A stretch of DNA of 64,000 bases, taken from Candidatus Woesearchaeota archaeon. GTDB lineage: Archaea > Nanobdellota > Nanobdellia > Woesearchaeales > GW2011-AR9. Position 1 is the stretch's first letter, and every line of letters begins with the position of its first letter. The stretch spans positions 224,001-288,000 of the forward strand of contig JABHQW010000003.1 of NCBI GenBank assembly GCA_018696595.1. The letters are read 5' to 3'. The position numbers and the translations under genes were made by a program. The notes under the pieces are model-generated. The model was not told the origin of the DNA. It searched no databases and saw only the letters and a program-made list of their open reading frames with translations. This document shows positions 10,468 to 19,117 of the stretch, one piece after another.

Positions 10468-11013
10468 ATGACTAAAACTGAAGAAAACTTAAAAACCGCT
10501 TTTGCTGGCGAATCGCAAGCAAGAAACAAGTATGATTATTTTGCAAAACAAGCCAGGAAAGAAAAATTACTTTATTTAGCAAAAATCTTTGAAGAAACTG
10601 CTTTGAACGAAATGCAACATGCTAAAGACGAATTTAAACTTCTTAACGGAATTAAAGATACAAAAGAAAATTTGAAAGCAGCAATTGCTGGTGAACATTA
10701 CGAAACAACAGAAATGTATCCTACCTTTGCTAAGGAAGCAGAAGAAGAAGGTAACGAAGAAGCCGCCAAACTTTTCACAGAAATTGCTAAAGTTGAAAAG
10801 GAACATGAAGCTCGTTACAAAAAATTGTTACAAATGGTTGAAGAAGGTAAAGTTTTCAAAAGAAATAAACCAATTAGATGGAAATGTAGCAAATGCGGAT
10901 TTATTGATGAAGGAGAAGAACCGCCTGAAGAATGTCCAAGTTGTAAACACGAATCACATTATTTCGAACCAGAGTGTATGTGTTTCAAAGAAGGTTGCGA
11001 AATTTGTAACTAA
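10468..11013 (+). CDS. rbr: Rubrerythrin
   Basis: AFAGESQARNKYDYFA, EMQHAK, GEHYETTEMYPTFA, EKEHE; C-terminal WKCSKCG...CPSC rubredoxin-like domain. Confidence 0.95.
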   Translation: MTKTEENLKTAFAGESQARNKYDYFAKQARKEKLLYLAKIFEETALNEMQHAKDEFKLLNGIKDTKENLKAAIAGEHYETTEMYPTFAKEAEEEGNEEAAKLFTEIAKVEKEHEARYKKLLQMVEEGKVFKRNKPIRWKCSKCGFIDEGEEPPEECPSCKHESHYFEPECMCFKEGCEICN

Positions 11014-11024
11014 TTCTTTCTTTT

Positions 11025-11417
11025 TTATTTTTTTAAATAGTTAACAAGAAGAAAATTAAAATATTCACTTCTTTTTTCAAAACAAGACTCACGAATATGT
11101 TTTAATGGACTTCCTTCAGAAGAAAATTCGTAATGCACTCTCACTTCATTATCATCAAATATTCTAAGATGATATTGATAAACCTCATCACTTACTTTTC
11201 TCATGTTAAGAACTTCGCCTTCATCTTTCCAAGTTAAGATCGCATCTTCAAATCCTTCATTAGTAAGAAATTCACGAAGTTCATTTAGATCACAATTACT
11301 TTTCAGATAACCCAACAAATATGGCTGTCTTCCTTTGTGAAATTTTACTTTTTCTAACAAACGTAAAACGGGTGGATAGATTGTGTAAACAATTTTCCAC
11401 ATTTTAGAATATGCCAT
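11025..11417 (-). CDS. Hypothetical protein
   Basis: The ORF-track start overlaps tRNA-Ser, so the start was moved to ATG 11417 (MAYSKMWK). Confidence 0.65.
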   Translation of the reverse strand: MAYSKMWKIVYTIYPPVLRLLEKVKFHKGRQPYLLGYLKSNCDLNELREFLTNEGFEDAILTWKDEGEVLNMRKVSDEVYQYHLRIFDDNEVRVHYEFSSEGSPLKHIRESCFEKRSEYFNFLLVNYLKK

Positions 11418-11435
11418 TTTGATTAAAATAAAAAG

Positions 11436-11605
11436 CGCCACGGGCCGGACATCCAAGCAAAAAGAGAATCTTAATGCAATTTGAACCGGCGATCCCATAA
11501 GGGACTAGATATTCACGAGATTAGGTTTTCATATTTTGTCATAGACAATATCAAACCCACGCTAAAATAGCAATCTAGCGCAATACCAGACTATGCGACC
11601 GTGGC
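11436..11605 (-). tRNA. tRNA-Ser(GCT) with two introns: 37/38 (11511-11567, 57 nt) and 59/60 (11450-11479, 30 nt)
   Basis: Acceptor GCCACGG/CCGTGGC with G73; anticodon arm CTAGA-TTGCTAA-TCTAG after splicing; long variable arm TCCC-TTAT-GGGA; T arm GCCGG/CCGGC; BHB-type central helices TTGC/GTGA and TTCA/TGGA; mature length 83 nt. Confidence 0.9.
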
Positions 11606-11676
11606 GCGAACGTAGTGAGCGACGCGGGAAGCATGCTCAGAAACAATTTATTGTTTCTCGCGTATGCGACTGTGGC
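11592..11676 (-). repeat. 14-bp duplication of the tRNA-Ser 5' end (GCCAC[A/G]GTCGCATA; 11592-11605 and 11663-11676) enclosing a 57-bp GC-rich palindromic insert
   Basis: Seen directly; the insert contains GAGAAACAATAAATTGTTTCTGAG and GCTCACTACGTTCGC. Confidence 0.75.
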
Positions 11677-11788
11677 ACTCAAATGTGTTATTACTCATTT
11701 TGTTTTTAAACTTATCGATTAATTTGTAATTGTTTTACTCTTAAAACCACAGAAAATCTTAAATAATCCTTAACTAACCTTTTATCCC

Positions 11789-12298
11789 ATGCTTAAACAA
11801 ACAGACATCCAAAAAACATTAAGTGCATTCAAACCAGAAAACTTTGTGTTTGTTATTTCTATAGATAAAAACAATAAACCAAACGGCATGGTAGCTGCTT
11901 GGAAAACAAGAATCTCTGGAACTCCGCCATTGTATGCCCTTGCGTTAGGACAATCAAGTAACACTTACAAACTGATTAAGAAAAGTAAAGAGTTTGTTAT
12001 TGCAGTTCCAAATAAAAGTATGGAAAAAGCAATAAAGATTTTTGGTCATCAACATGGGGATGAGATCGACAAATTCAAAGAATCTAAACTAACAACAATT
12101 CCTGCTAAGAAAATTAAAGTTCCATTAATCAAAGAAGCAACTATTTGTTATGAATGTAAGCTAGTTAATACTATAAAAACAGGCAGTTGTAATTTAGTAG
12201 TTGGAGAAGTAGTTGTAGCTCATCATAACAAAAAGAAAAAGGTTATTTTAGTAATGGGAAAAGATAAGGAAGGGAAAAGAATATTCAAAGAATTCTAG
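11789..12298 (+). CDS. Flavin reductase-like (DIM6/NTAB) family protein
   Basis: PNGMVAAW...ISGTPP...TYKLIKKSKEFVIAVP...VPLIKEATICYEC...VVGEVV. Confidence 0.9.
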   Translation: MLKQTDIQKTLSAFKPENFVFVISIDKNNKPNGMVAAWKTRISGTPPLYALALGQSSNTYKLIKKSKEFVIAVPNKSMEKAIKIFGHQHGDEIDKFKESKLTTIPAKKIKVPLIKEATICYECKLVNTIKTGSCNLVVGEVVVAHHNKKKKVILVMGKDKEGKRIFKEF

Positions 12299-12655
12299 AA
12301 ACATTTATAAAAAAATAGCACTAAAAATATTATAATGGAAACCGGACAATATCAACAACCGATTGAAGAAGAACGTTACTTAACTGCATTAAATAGTAGA
12401 AGATTAATCCCTAAAGATTTATCTGGCGCAGTATTGCCTAATGGTGGTGGCAATGGTGGTGGGGATGATGACGATGACAAAAGAGAACCCCATTTAGAAT
12501 TGTTAATTAGAACAAGTAGCCCTTCAAAAAAAGGAGAATATGGCAATAAGGTTTTTGACGTAAAGAAAATAATGAAAGAATATTTTCCCACTCAACAAGA
12601 ACCCAAATACATTTCTTAATTAATTACTTTTTTCAACGTCTTCTAGAAACATTTA
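12293..12655. repeat. 15-bp direct repeat TTCTAGAAACATTTA (12293-12307 and 12641-12655) flanking an orphan gene
   Basis: Direct comparison; the first copy contains the flavin reductase stop codon. Confidence 0.65.
12335..12619 (+). CDS. Hypothetical protein with a Gly/Asp low-complexity segment
   Basis: 94-aa ORF with TATA (TTTATAAA) 23 nt upstream of the ATG. Confidence 0.6.
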   Translation: METGQYQQPIEEERYLTALNSRRLIPKDLSGAVLPNGGGNGGGDDDDDKREPHLELLIRTSSPSKKGEYGNKVFDVKKIMKEYFPTQQEPKYIS

Positions 12656-12712
12656 AGTATAGTTGAAGTCTTCTTAAAGTTTATATACTTGTTAAAAAAA
12701 GAGATGAACATA

Positions 12713-13243
12713 ATGAAAAAATTAATTATTTTAATAATTATTGTCTTACTAATCTTACCACTCGCCACATCTAGATCAATTACTGTTTCTGGAGAAAAAT
12801 TTTTTGGATGTAACCTAATTTCAGAACAATATGAACAATACCAAAATGAAAAAGGAATTAAAACAAATAATCAAATAGTAGCAGCAGGGTTAGATTATTT
12901 AATAGATGATGAAAACCCAGATTATGATTACGCATGTATGTTCTCTGAAAATAAAACAGAATGTAAATCCTGTGTTGCAAATGTTGTTCTTCAAGAAAAA
13001 AAAAATAATCTGAAATCAGAGGAAAGAAAAATAAAAAGTGAACGTAATTCTAAAATTACCTCTGGGGTTCTTATTGCTTTAATATTAATTTCAAGCATTT
13101 TATTATACAAATCAATTAAAAATGGAAAATTAAAGCATAGAAAATTATGGATCACTTTATTATCAATTGGATTAAGCATTTGTGTACTACTTTTTATACT
13201 GCGTTTAATTGCAATAGCCTTATTTAGTACCAATCTGAATTAA
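12713..13243 (+). CDS. Hypothetical membrane protein (signal peptide plus two C-terminal TM helices)
   Basis: MKKLIILIIIVLLILPLATS signal and hydrophobic C-terminal segments. Alternative start at 12704. Confidence 0.7.
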   Translation: MKKLIILIIIVLLILPLATSRSITVSGEKFFGCNLISEQYEQYQNEKGIKTNNQIVAAGLDYLIDDENPDYDYACMFSENKTECKSCVANVVLQEKKNNLKSEERKIKSERNSKITSGVLIALILISSILLYKSIKNGKLKHRKLWITLLSIGLSICVLLFILRLIAIALFSTNLN

Positions 13244-13251
13244 GAAAAGTT

Positions 13252-13593
13252 TTAATTTTTAGAAACCTTAAAGAGAACTCCAGGAACTAAACCAAGACAT
13301 TTCTTACTACCACAAGCACATTCCATCTTCAGAAAAGGAACTTTCTCTTTAACATAATTGCAAGTTATTTCTTCGCCCTCATTAATATTTCTTAAAGCGA
13401 TATTCTCACCCTCTTTTTCTGTAAGATTAGCATCACAAGAATGATTCAAAAAAGAACTAGGAGATTTAACAACAACCGACACATCTTCTAACAAAGAATC
13501 CCATCTGAACACTATTTCACCTTTCTGAAAATCTTTATTAGCAAAAACTCCTTTCCCTTGAATCTTAGAATCTTTAATAACAATACCCGACAT
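13252..13593 (-). CDS. SET domain protein-lysine methyltransferase with post-SET motif
   Basis: SKIQGKGVFANKDFQKGEIV, FLNHSCDAN, ALRNINEGEEITCNY, ECACGSKKCLG. Confidence 0.9.
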   Translation of the reverse strand: MSGIVIKDSKIQGKGVFANKDFQKGEIVFRWDSLLEDVSVVVKSPSSFLNHSCDANLTEKEGENIALRNINEGEEITCNYVKEKVPFLKMECACGSKKCLGLVPGVLFKVSKN

Positions 13594-13595
13594 TT

Positions 13596-14024
13596 TTAAA
13601 TGTCTACTAGAACTTTAGCATACCAACCTTTATCGGTTTTCTTAACTTCAAACATATGCATTGTAATTGCTTTAATATCTACTTTTTGTTCATGTTTCTC
13701 AGGATCAATCTTCTCACCATAAGCAATACAGGTTAATTTATACTTGCCATTTTCTTCTGTAACTTTACAATCAAACTTAGAAAAAATTATTCTTTCTGAA
13801 TCCTTATGAAATAATAAATCATCTAAGAAGTCAAACAATAAATATTCAATATTTTCATTTTCTCCTGTAATTTCTCTTTTCTGTTCAGCAGAAAATTGTT
13901 TCAGATTAACTTGTACTTCTTCTACAGCTAACCCGCATTGTTCAAATAATTCCCCCAATGTAGAAGCTTCCGCTACAAAAAGTTCATCCGCAGTATGTTC
14001 CAGGAATTTATAGTTTGCTTTCAT
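13596..14024 (-). CDS. Archease
   Basis: YKFLEHTAD...DIKAITMH...AKVLVDI. Confidence 0.95.
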   Translation of the reverse strand: MKANYKFLEHTADELFVAEASTLGELFEQCGLAVEEVQVNLKQFSAEQKREITGENENIEYLLFDFLDDLLFHKDSERIIFSKFDCKVTEENGKYKLTCIAYGEKIDPEKHEQKVDIKAITMHMFEVKKTDKGWYAKVLVDI

Positions 14025-15778
14025 TCTAATATCGCCTTAATCCGTCTAACACCAGCACTTGAAGACCCTTCCTTCTTAATTTTAAAAACTCCCAACTCAG
14101 AAATATTTGAAACATGAGGACCCATACAAATCTCTTTGGAATAATCCCCAACAGTATAAACAGAAACTTTCTCTGGATACTTTGCACCAAATTCCCCGTG
14201 CGCCCCAGAATCTAAAGCGTCCTGTAATTTCATCTCTTCACGTACAACAGGAACTCCTGAAGAGATTACGCGATTAACTTCTTCTTCAACAGCAGTAAGT
14301 TCCTCTGCAGTTAGTTTCCGATCAAAATTGAAATCAAACCTTAATCGATCTGCAGTAATGTTAGAACCTCTCTGTTTAACATCTTCTTTCAAAACACGAC
14401 GTAAAGCTTCATTCAATAAATGTGTAGCAGTATGTAATTTAGTAGTTTCTTCAGACGCATCTGATAAACCACCTTTAAACTTTTTCTCTGCACCAATTCT
14501 AGATAGTTCTTGATGTTTTTCATATTCAGCATTAAATCCAACAACATCAACTTTAATATCTTTCTCAGCAGCCAATTCTTCAGTCATCTCAATTGGAAAA
14601 CCATATGATTGGAATAACAAGAACGCATCTTCACCAGAAATTTCTTTTGCATTTTCAGCAAGCTTAGCAAACTTGTTCAATCCTTTTTCTAAAGTTCTCT
14701 TGAACTTATCTTGTTCTTTTCTCAACTCTTCAAAGATAATATCTTTCTTCTCTTCTAATAATAGATACTCTTGATTATACATAAAAATAACAATTTCTGC
14801 CAAGGAAGTTAAATCAATCTTTTCAATAGCTAATCCTAATGAACGGAAATGTCTGATTGCACGACGAATAAATCTTCTTAAGATATAACCCTGATCAACA
14901 TTACTAGGAACAACAGCCCGTTCATCTCCAAGAATAAATACTGAAGCTTTAACATGATCTGCAATGATCCTAAAAGATTTCTCATTTCCAGAATATTTCT
15001 TCTTAGTTACTTTCTCAATCTTTTTAATCAACGGCAAGAATAATTCAGTCATATAATTATCATTTAATCCATTTAAGACAGCAAGAGTTCTTTCAAATCC
15101 GCCGCCAAAATCAATACTTTTCTTTTTCAATTGTTTAAATTTCCCATTCTTAGTTTTCTCATACTCAATAAGAACATCATTTCCAATCTCTACCCACCTG
15201 GAATCGTCAACATCAAACTTTTCTGAAGGAACATCTTTAGATGCCCAGAAATATATCTCTGTACTAGGACCACAAGGACCAGTTTCTCCAGCAGGACCCC
15301 ACCAATTATCTTCTTTACCCAAAAAACCAATTCGTTCTTTTGATACACCTAAACTAAGCCAAGCTCTTGCAGCTTCTTCATCTTTAGGTGCGGCATCGTC
15401 TCCAGCGAAACAAGTGAACGCTAAATGTGATACAGGTAATTTCAATTCCTTAGTAAGAAACTCAAAAGTCATTTCAATCGCTTCTTTCTTAAAATAATCC
15501 CCAAGTGACCAATTCCCCATCATTTCAAAGAATGTGTGATGTGTTGCATCTCCAACTTCATCAATATCACCAGTACGGATACATTTTTGGAAGTTAGTAA
15601 CTCTTTCTCCCAGAGGATGATTATTATCTAAGAAAAAAGATACTAATGGCTGCATTCCTGCAGTTGTAAATAGTACAGTGGGATCATGTTCGGGGATTAA
15701 AGGTGCAGATGCAATTACAACATGCCCTTTACTTTGGAAAAACTCTAAATATTTCTGTCTTAGTTCGTTCGCTTTCAT
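14021..15778 (-). CDS. alaS: Alanine--tRNA ligase (short form lacking C-Ala)
   Basis: LFTTAGMQP, QKCIRTGDIDEVG, HHTFFEMMGNWS, GPCGPSTEI, editing motifs HTATH and CMGPH. Start moved to MKANELRQ. Confidence 0.97.
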   Translation of the reverse strand: MKANELRQKYLEFFQSKGHVVIASAPLIPEHDPTVLFTTAGMQPLVSFFLDNNHPLGERVTNFQKCIRTGDIDEVGDATHHTFFEMMGNWSLGDYFKKEAIEMTFEFLTKELKLPVSHLAFTCFAGDDAAPKDEEAARAWLSLGVSKERIGFLGKEDNWWGPAGETGPCGPSTEIYFWASKDVPSEKFDVDDSRWVEIGNDVLIEYEKTKNGKFKQLKKKSIDFGGGFERTLAVLNGLNDNYMTELFLPLIKKIEKVTKKKYSGNEKSFRIIADHVKASVFILGDERAVVPSNVDQGYILRRFIRRAIRHFRSLGLAIEKIDLTSLAEIVIFMYNQEYLLLEEKKDIIFEELRKEQDKFKRTLEKGLNKFAKLAENAKEISGEDAFLLFQSYGFPIEMTEELAAEKDIKVDVVGFNAEYEKHQELSRIGAEKKFKGGLSDASEETTKLHTATHLLNEALRRVLKEDVKQRGSNITADRLRFDFNFDRKLTAEELTAVEEEVNRVISSGVPVVREEMKLQDALDSGAHGEFGAKYPEKVSVYTVGDYSKEICMGPHVSNISELGVFKIKKEGSSSAGVRRIKAILE

Positions 15779-15884
15779 TTTAAGAGTAGGAATATGGTTT
15801 GTTTTATATATTTTATTAGTAATTGCAGTATATACTTTGTAATAAACAATTCTTTTTAAATCTGAAACAAACAACATAAGCTTA

Positions 15885-16523
15885 ATGGCAAAAGGTAAAA
15901 GTAAGAAACAAAAAAAAGTTCATCAGAATAAATACGAGAACGCCCCAAGGGGACCCAAAAGAACGGGACGAAACAGAGTAGCACACCCACAACATTCTAT
16001 TGAAGAATTAGTTGAAGAAACTCCACAAGTAGAAGTAAGAGAAACAAGACCAAACCAAATAGAACCAAAAAATAATCCAACTTACTTGCAATATGATGAT
16101 TGGCAAGTGAGTGAAACTTTTCCTGATTGGGATGGAAACATCAATTTATACGCTTCTAACAAAGTAGACTTAGTGTTGTATGATCCAAAAGCAAGACTTT
16201 GCCTTTTAGTTGGTGCTTGGCAAACAGGAAAAGTTTTCAGGAATCAGATGAGAAAATTTAAAGAAGAAACTGGCGCAGTAATTGAAGCACATAAAAACCC
16301 AAAATTAGGTGTAAGAACAGCATTAGCTTATTCTACAAACCCAGAAGAGATTAGAGAACATCTTAATCCCGAAGCAGAAGTGTTAGTTGGTTTCCCACAT
16401 GCAGGAAAAGGAACCAGTTTACTAATGAGCCACAATAGGGACAATTCAAACAAACAACATAAACTAAACACAATAATGCTTCATTACTTACAAAGAGCAG
16501 ATTCTAATTATTTTAGTATTTAA
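15885..16523 (+). CDS. Hypothetical protein with a basic, disordered N-terminus
   Basis: 212-aa ORF with TATA-like TTTTTAAA upstream; no family recognised. Confidence 0.7.
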   Translation: MAKGKSKKQKKVHQNKYENAPRGPKRTGRNRVAHPQHSIEELVEETPQVEVRETRPNQIEPKNNPTYLQYDDWQVSETFPDWDGNINLYASNKVDLVLYDPKARLCLLVGAWQTGKVFRNQMRKFKEETGAVIEAHKNPKLGVRTALAYSTNPEEIREHLNPEAEVLVGFPHAGKGTSLLMSHNRDNSNKQHKLNTIMLHYLQRADSNYFSI

Positions 16524-16540
16524 GAATCAACCAAACTTCT

Positions 16541-17104
16541 TTATTTAATATTATCAGAAACTAATTTCGCAATAACTTCAAAATCACTTTTCATCTGAGC
16601 AAACATTTCCGGATTTCTACCAGAATAAAGATAACTTGCAGGATGAACAACAGGAACAACAGTTATTCCTCGAAAATCAAACATTTGTCCCCTGATAGAT
16701 TTAATACCAGTTTTACCAATGATTCTTTCTGTAGCAAAATTTCCAATAGTTACAATAACTTTTGGTTGCATAACTTCGATTAATTGGTCTAACCGTTCAC
16801 GACAATTCTCAATCTCATCTTTCTTTGGGTTTCTATTATCTTCTGGTCTACATAAGACAGTATTAGTAATAAAAATATCTTCTCTTGACAAATTGACAGA
16901 GTTTAATAATTCTGTAAGAATCTTTCCAGACATCCCACAGAAAGGAACCCCTTGTTTATCTTCGTTCGCCCCAGGGGCTTCGCCAATTAATAAAATATCT
17001 GAATTAGGATTACCAGAACCAAACACTACTTGTGTTCTATTCTTACAAAGTTCAGTACATTTAGAACAAGTAGAATAATGTTGTTTTAACTCTTCGAAGT
17101 TCAT
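16541..17104 (-). CDS. udg: Uracil-DNA glycosylase, family 4 ([4Fe-4S])
   Basis: CSKCTELC, IGEAPGANEDKQGVPFCG, ITNTVLCRP, VHPAS. Confidence 0.95.
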   Translation of the reverse strand: MNFEELKQHYSTCSKCTELCKNRTQVVFGSGNPNSDILLIGEAPGANEDKQGVPFCGMSGKILTELLNSVNLSREDIFITNTVLCRPEDNRNPKKDEIENCRERLDQLIEVMQPKVIVTIGNFATERIIGKTGIKSIRGQMFDFRGITVVPVVHPASYLYSGRNPEMFAQMKSDFEVIAKLVSDNIK

Positions 17105-17168
17105 TTAGAGATAGAATTGTTTTAAGTTTATTAAATTAATGAAAAATAAAATATTAAAAAAATAAGAA

Positions 17169-17438
17169 TTATTCTTTCTTAACTTCTTCTTTAACTTCTT
17201 CAGCAACTTCTTCAGCAACTTCTGCTGACTTGCTGATCATCTCAACATATTTGCACTTACCACAAACTAAACGATCTTTGTGTTTACCTAAAAACATTCC
17301 AGGCCCGCACTTTGGACAAGTTCTATTCTTACGAGTAATTTTGTCGCCAGAAATTTCAAACAAAGCAGATAATTTCTTACCTTCTTTCTTAACCTTTTCT
17401 TTTGGTTTTTTATCTTTTGCTCCACCTTTCTTTGCCAT
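17169..17438 (-). CDS. rps27ae: 30S ribosomal protein S27ae (eS31) with acidic extension
   Basis: RKNRTCPKCGPGMFLGKHKDRLVCGKC. Confidence 0.95.
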   Translation of the reverse strand: MAKKGGAKDKKPKEKVKKEGKKLSALFEISGDKITRKNRTCPKCGPGMFLGKHKDRLVCGKCKYVEMISKSAEVAEEVAEEVKEEVKKE

Positions 17439-17866
17439 TATTCTTCACCCTCTTTCTTCTCTTCAGCAGGAGCAACTTCTTCTTTAGGTGCCTCTTCAAC
17501 AGGTTCAGCTTCTTTCTTAGATTCTTCTTCAGCTTTCTTAGCTTCTTCCTTAGCTTCGGCAGCAGCTTCTTCAGCTTTCTTCTTATCTGCATCAATCTTT
17601 TTCTTCATATGTTTTGTCAACATTTCAGTTTTATCCCTAGCTTCTTCACTTTCATAAACTAACGCAAAAAAATCTGCTTTCTGTTGACTAAATTGAGAAT
17701 AAATATTTTTTATAATTACTAAACTAGCATCTTTCTTCATTTCTTTAGATAATGCTTCTACAAGTTGTACATTAGTAGGAGTAACTCCTTCATAATCAAT
17801 TGAACCTTTAACTTCTACTCTTTTTAGTAAATTATTATCTTTCTTTTCTTTGATTTCTACTTTCAT
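17438..17866 (-). CDS. rps24e: 30S ribosomal protein S24e (eS24) with long Glu/Lys/Ala tail
   Basis: NNLLKRVEV...TPT...FALVYES; conserved position between spt4 and rps27ae. Confidence 0.9.
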   Translation of the reverse strand: MKVEIKEKKDNNLLKRVEVKGSIDYEGVTPTNVQLVEALSKEMKKDASLVIIKNIYSQFSQQKADFFALVYESEEARDKTEMLTKHMKKKIDADKKKAEEAAAEAKEEAKKAEEESKKEAEPVEEAPKEEVAPAEEKKEGEE

Positions 17867-17868
17867 TT

Positions 17869-18057
17869 TTACCTTACCTTAATTGCATATTCGCCTTTAA
17901 CTTTAATTCCAATCTTTTCTCCAATCATAGAATTGTTAACATCATTAATAAATAATCTTCCTTGCCAACTGGTTGTAAATGAACTTGTTCCACATGAAGG
18001 ACATTTGTCTCCTTCTACAAACAATTTACATTTTTTGCATGCTTTTTTCTTTGCCAT
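17869..18057 (-). CDS. spt4: Transcription elongation factor Spt4 (RpoE'')
   Basis: KACKKCK...CPSCG...FTTSWQG...GEYAIKVR. Confidence 0.95.
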   Translation of the reverse strand: MAKKKACKKCKLFVEGDKCPSCGTSSFTTSWQGRLFINDVNNSMIGEKIGIKVKGEYAIKVR

Positions 18058-18058
18058 T

Positions 18059-18616
18059 TTATTCCTCAGCCCCTTTATTAGTTTCGTCTTGTTGGTTTAA
18101 CCATTCAATTTTTCCTAATCCTTCTTGACGCATGCTTAACCCAATCTTAGGATTATTCATGTCTTTATATGAAACAGCAATAATTCTTGCTTTACAATTA
18201 TCATTTACTTTTAGACTTTGACCTGTTTTCTTTCCCTGTAAAACTTTGTCTTTACTGAAAGAAACAAAATCATCCATACTTTGTGAGATATGAACCATTC
18301 CTTCAACTCCGCCCAGATCCATAAATGCACCGAAATCGGTGATATCACGAACTTTTGCAAAAACAAGTTCGTTTAGTTCTGGTTTAAAGGTTAGTAATTC
18401 AAAATCTGTATCGTAATAAGCTGCTCCGTCTCCTGGAACAATAACACCTTCTTTTACGTCTCCAACATCAATAACATTAATAACGAAACCTAATTCTTTT
18501 GAGATAAAGTTTTCATAGGTTGCTTTAACATTAGCTAGAACCGCTTCTTTTCTGCTTAAATCAAACATACTTGGCGGTACTCTGATAAAATCCTTGGCTT
18601 TTACTTTGTAGAACAT
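18059..18616 (-). CDS. rpoE1: DNA-directed RNA polymerase subunit E' (Rpo7)
   Basis: DFIRVPPSMF, PGDGAAYY, S1 domain FGAFMDLG...GMVHISQ, KIGLSMRQEGLGK. Confidence 0.97.
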   Translation of the reverse strand: MFYKVKAKDFIRVPPSMFDLSRKEAVLANVKATYENFISKELGFVINVIDVGDVKEGVIVPGDGAAYYDTDFELLTFKPELNELVFAKVRDITDFGAFMDLGGVEGMVHISQSMDDFVSFSKDKVLQGKKTGQSLKVNDNCKARIIAVSYKDMNNPKIGLSMRQEGLGKIEWLNQQDETNKGAEE

Positions 18617-18715
18617 TTTAGTTATAATTCTTATTGGGTGTTTATAAAGGTTTCTATTAATAACATGACAATTTTAGCTCAACGAACAAAAATAAAAAAA
18701 ATAAAAAGAAAAGAA

Positions 18716-18841
18716 TTAATAGCCCCGACAGTCTTTGCAATAATATCGATTAGCGTTTTCAACAACAATTCGTTGACCGCAACCTTTGCAACACCGCTGG
18801 ATTTTAAATTTTTTGACTTCCTGAAATACGTGTTGTTTCAG
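18716..18841 (-). CDS. Small Zn-finger protein (41 aa) with probable CTG start
   Basis: Hand-translated: (M)KQHVFQEVKKFKIQRCCKGCGQRIVVENANRYYCKDCRGY; SD-like AGGTGA lies 6 nt before the CTG. Confidence 0.6.
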   Translation of the reverse strand: MKQHVFQEVKKFKIQRCCKGCGQRIVVENANRYYCKDCRGY

Positions 18842-19117
18842 TTTGTATCACCTTCTTTTTTTTACACAATTAAAAAAAGACAGGTCAAAAAAAGAACTGT
18901 TGTTCTTTTTTGCTTACCTTCTTTTTTTTTAAAAGAACGATTTAGAAAAACTTAATTTCCATCCACCTTCTTTTTTGCGAACTCGTTTAGAGCTCAGCCT
19001 CTCCAACGTTTCTTTCGTCAGAAAAACACACCTAATAGTACTCGAGAGTAAACTAGTATATAAATGTTTTCACGTTTCACCCTCTATTCTTACTAAAAAA
19101 CAAAGATAAAATAAATC

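Noticed and set aside
11606-11676. Upstream tRNA-Ser duplicate as a D-arm intron
   Set aside because: No BHB can be formed at the boundaries, and the upstream copy has an A.C mismatch in the acceptor stem.
18638-18955. 105-aa plus-strand ORF
   Set aside because: It is the antisense shadow of the minus-strand Zn-finger microprotein and T-rich spacers, with biased F/K composition.
19005-19030. Hammerhead ribozyme core (CTGACGA...GAAAC on the minus strand)
   Set aside because: There is no room for stem II and no matching stem III/NUH cleavage site.
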